Assembly (NCBI GenBank): GCA_964245495.1
Contig: CAXTNC010000006.1
Span: 1-36,559 of the forward strand
DNA: 36,559 nucleotides
DNA from: an uncultured Acetobacteraceae bacterium
GTDB taxonomy: Bacteria > Pseudomonadota > Alphaproteobacteria > Acetobacterales > Acetobacteraceae
Reading direction: 5' to 3'
Shown here: in pieces, positions 35,617 through 36,559 of the stretch
Layout: every line of letters begins with the position of its first letter
How positions within the stretch are numbered: the first letter of the stretch is position 1
Notes under the pieces: model-generated
Database searches by the model: none
The model's input: only the letters and a program-made list of their open reading frames with translations
What the model was told of the DNA's origin: nothing
Translations under genes and position numbers: made by a program

Positions 35617-36559
35617 CGCCTCCCCCGTCATCGCCCAATGGCTCGCCGCCAAGGAACAGCAGCCGGACGCGCTGCTGTTCTTCCGCATGGGTGATTTCTA
35701 CGAGCTGTTTTTCGAGGACGCGGTCACCGCGGCAGCGGTTCTGGGCATCGCCCTCACCGCCCGCGGCGAGCACGAAGGCAAGCCGATCGCCATGTGCGGC
35801 GTGCCGATCCATGCCGCCGAGGGCTATCTCGCCCGCCTGATCCGCCGCGGCTTCCGCGTGGCGGTGGCCGAGCAGATGGAGGCGGCTTCCGCCCGCGCCG
35901 GCAAGGCCCCGCTCAAGCGCGAGATCGTCCGCCTCGTCACCCCCGGCACGCTGACGGAGGACGCGCTGCTGGAAGGCGGCCAGCCCAACCTGCTGCTGGC
36001 CCTGGCCCGCGCCGGGCGCGCGCTCGGCGCAGCTTGGCTCGACATCTCCACCGGACTGTTCGAGACGGCCGATGTCACCGACCTGCCGGCCCTGCTCGGG
36101 CGGCTGGACCCGGCGGAGATCCTGGCCCCCGCCGACCTGCCGCTCGGCGACCACGAGCCGCGCCGCGCCCCGGACACCGTGCCGCCGCCGCCGTTGGCCG
36201 CCCGCGCCCGGGTGGCGGAGGCGTTCGGCGCCGCCACCCTGGACGGCTTCGGCGCTTTCACGGACGCCGAGGCGATGGCCGCGGCGGCGGCCGTCGCCTA
36301 TGTCCGCAGCACCCAGGCCGGCCAGCTGCCCACGCTGTCTCCCCCCGCCCGGCATGACGCGGGCGGCGTCCTGGCAATGGATGCCGCCACCCGCGCCAGC
36401 CTGGAGGTGACGCGCGCCCGGGACGGCGGCGCGGACCACACCCTGCTCGCCGCCGTGAACCGCACCCTGACCGCCCCCGGCGCGCGGACCCTGGCCGGAT
36501 GGCTGTCCGCCCCGCTGACCGACCCGGCGGCCATCGCTGAGCGGCAGGACGGCTGGGGC
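35612..36559 (+). CDS. mutS: DNA mismatch repair protein MutS, 5' part (runs off the window)
   Basis: Manual translation: [37 protein letters not shown]...MCGVP...[12 protein letters not shown]...[11 protein letters not shown]. Confidence 0.95.
   Translation, partial: [316 protein letters not shown]

Overview
High-GC alphaproteobacterial chromosome window; gene content and motifs point to Acetobacteraceae/Rhodospirillales (inferred). Left to right: (1) a partial SWIM zinc-finger gene; (2) a flavin reductase and an uncharacterised PLP-fold protein; (3) a sigma54/NtrC-type promoter driving urtABCDE plus an acetamidase/formamidase; (4) a ~1 kb stretch of relics at 10.0-11.0 kb: an IS630 fragment, one type I-E CRISPR repeat fused to a cas3 HD fragment, and a frameshifted serine recombinase; (5) a stand-alone rtcB with an N-terminal extension and an exported M1 aminopeptidase; (6) an apparently less GC-rich, TetR-controlled catabolic island (thiolase, FAH, TetR | MBL hydrolase, MFS, outer-membrane channel); (7) housekeeping/redox genes including ClC, Prx5, YqgE, LysE, HAD and pyrD; (8) a compact phage-switch-like module, with an S24/cI-like repressor divergent from two conserved hypothetical genes and a LexA box; (9) stress genes (AKR, Mn catalase) and the 5' part of mutS. 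I found no tRNA, rRNA or intact CRISPR array. All calls come from reading motifs by eye; no database searches were run.
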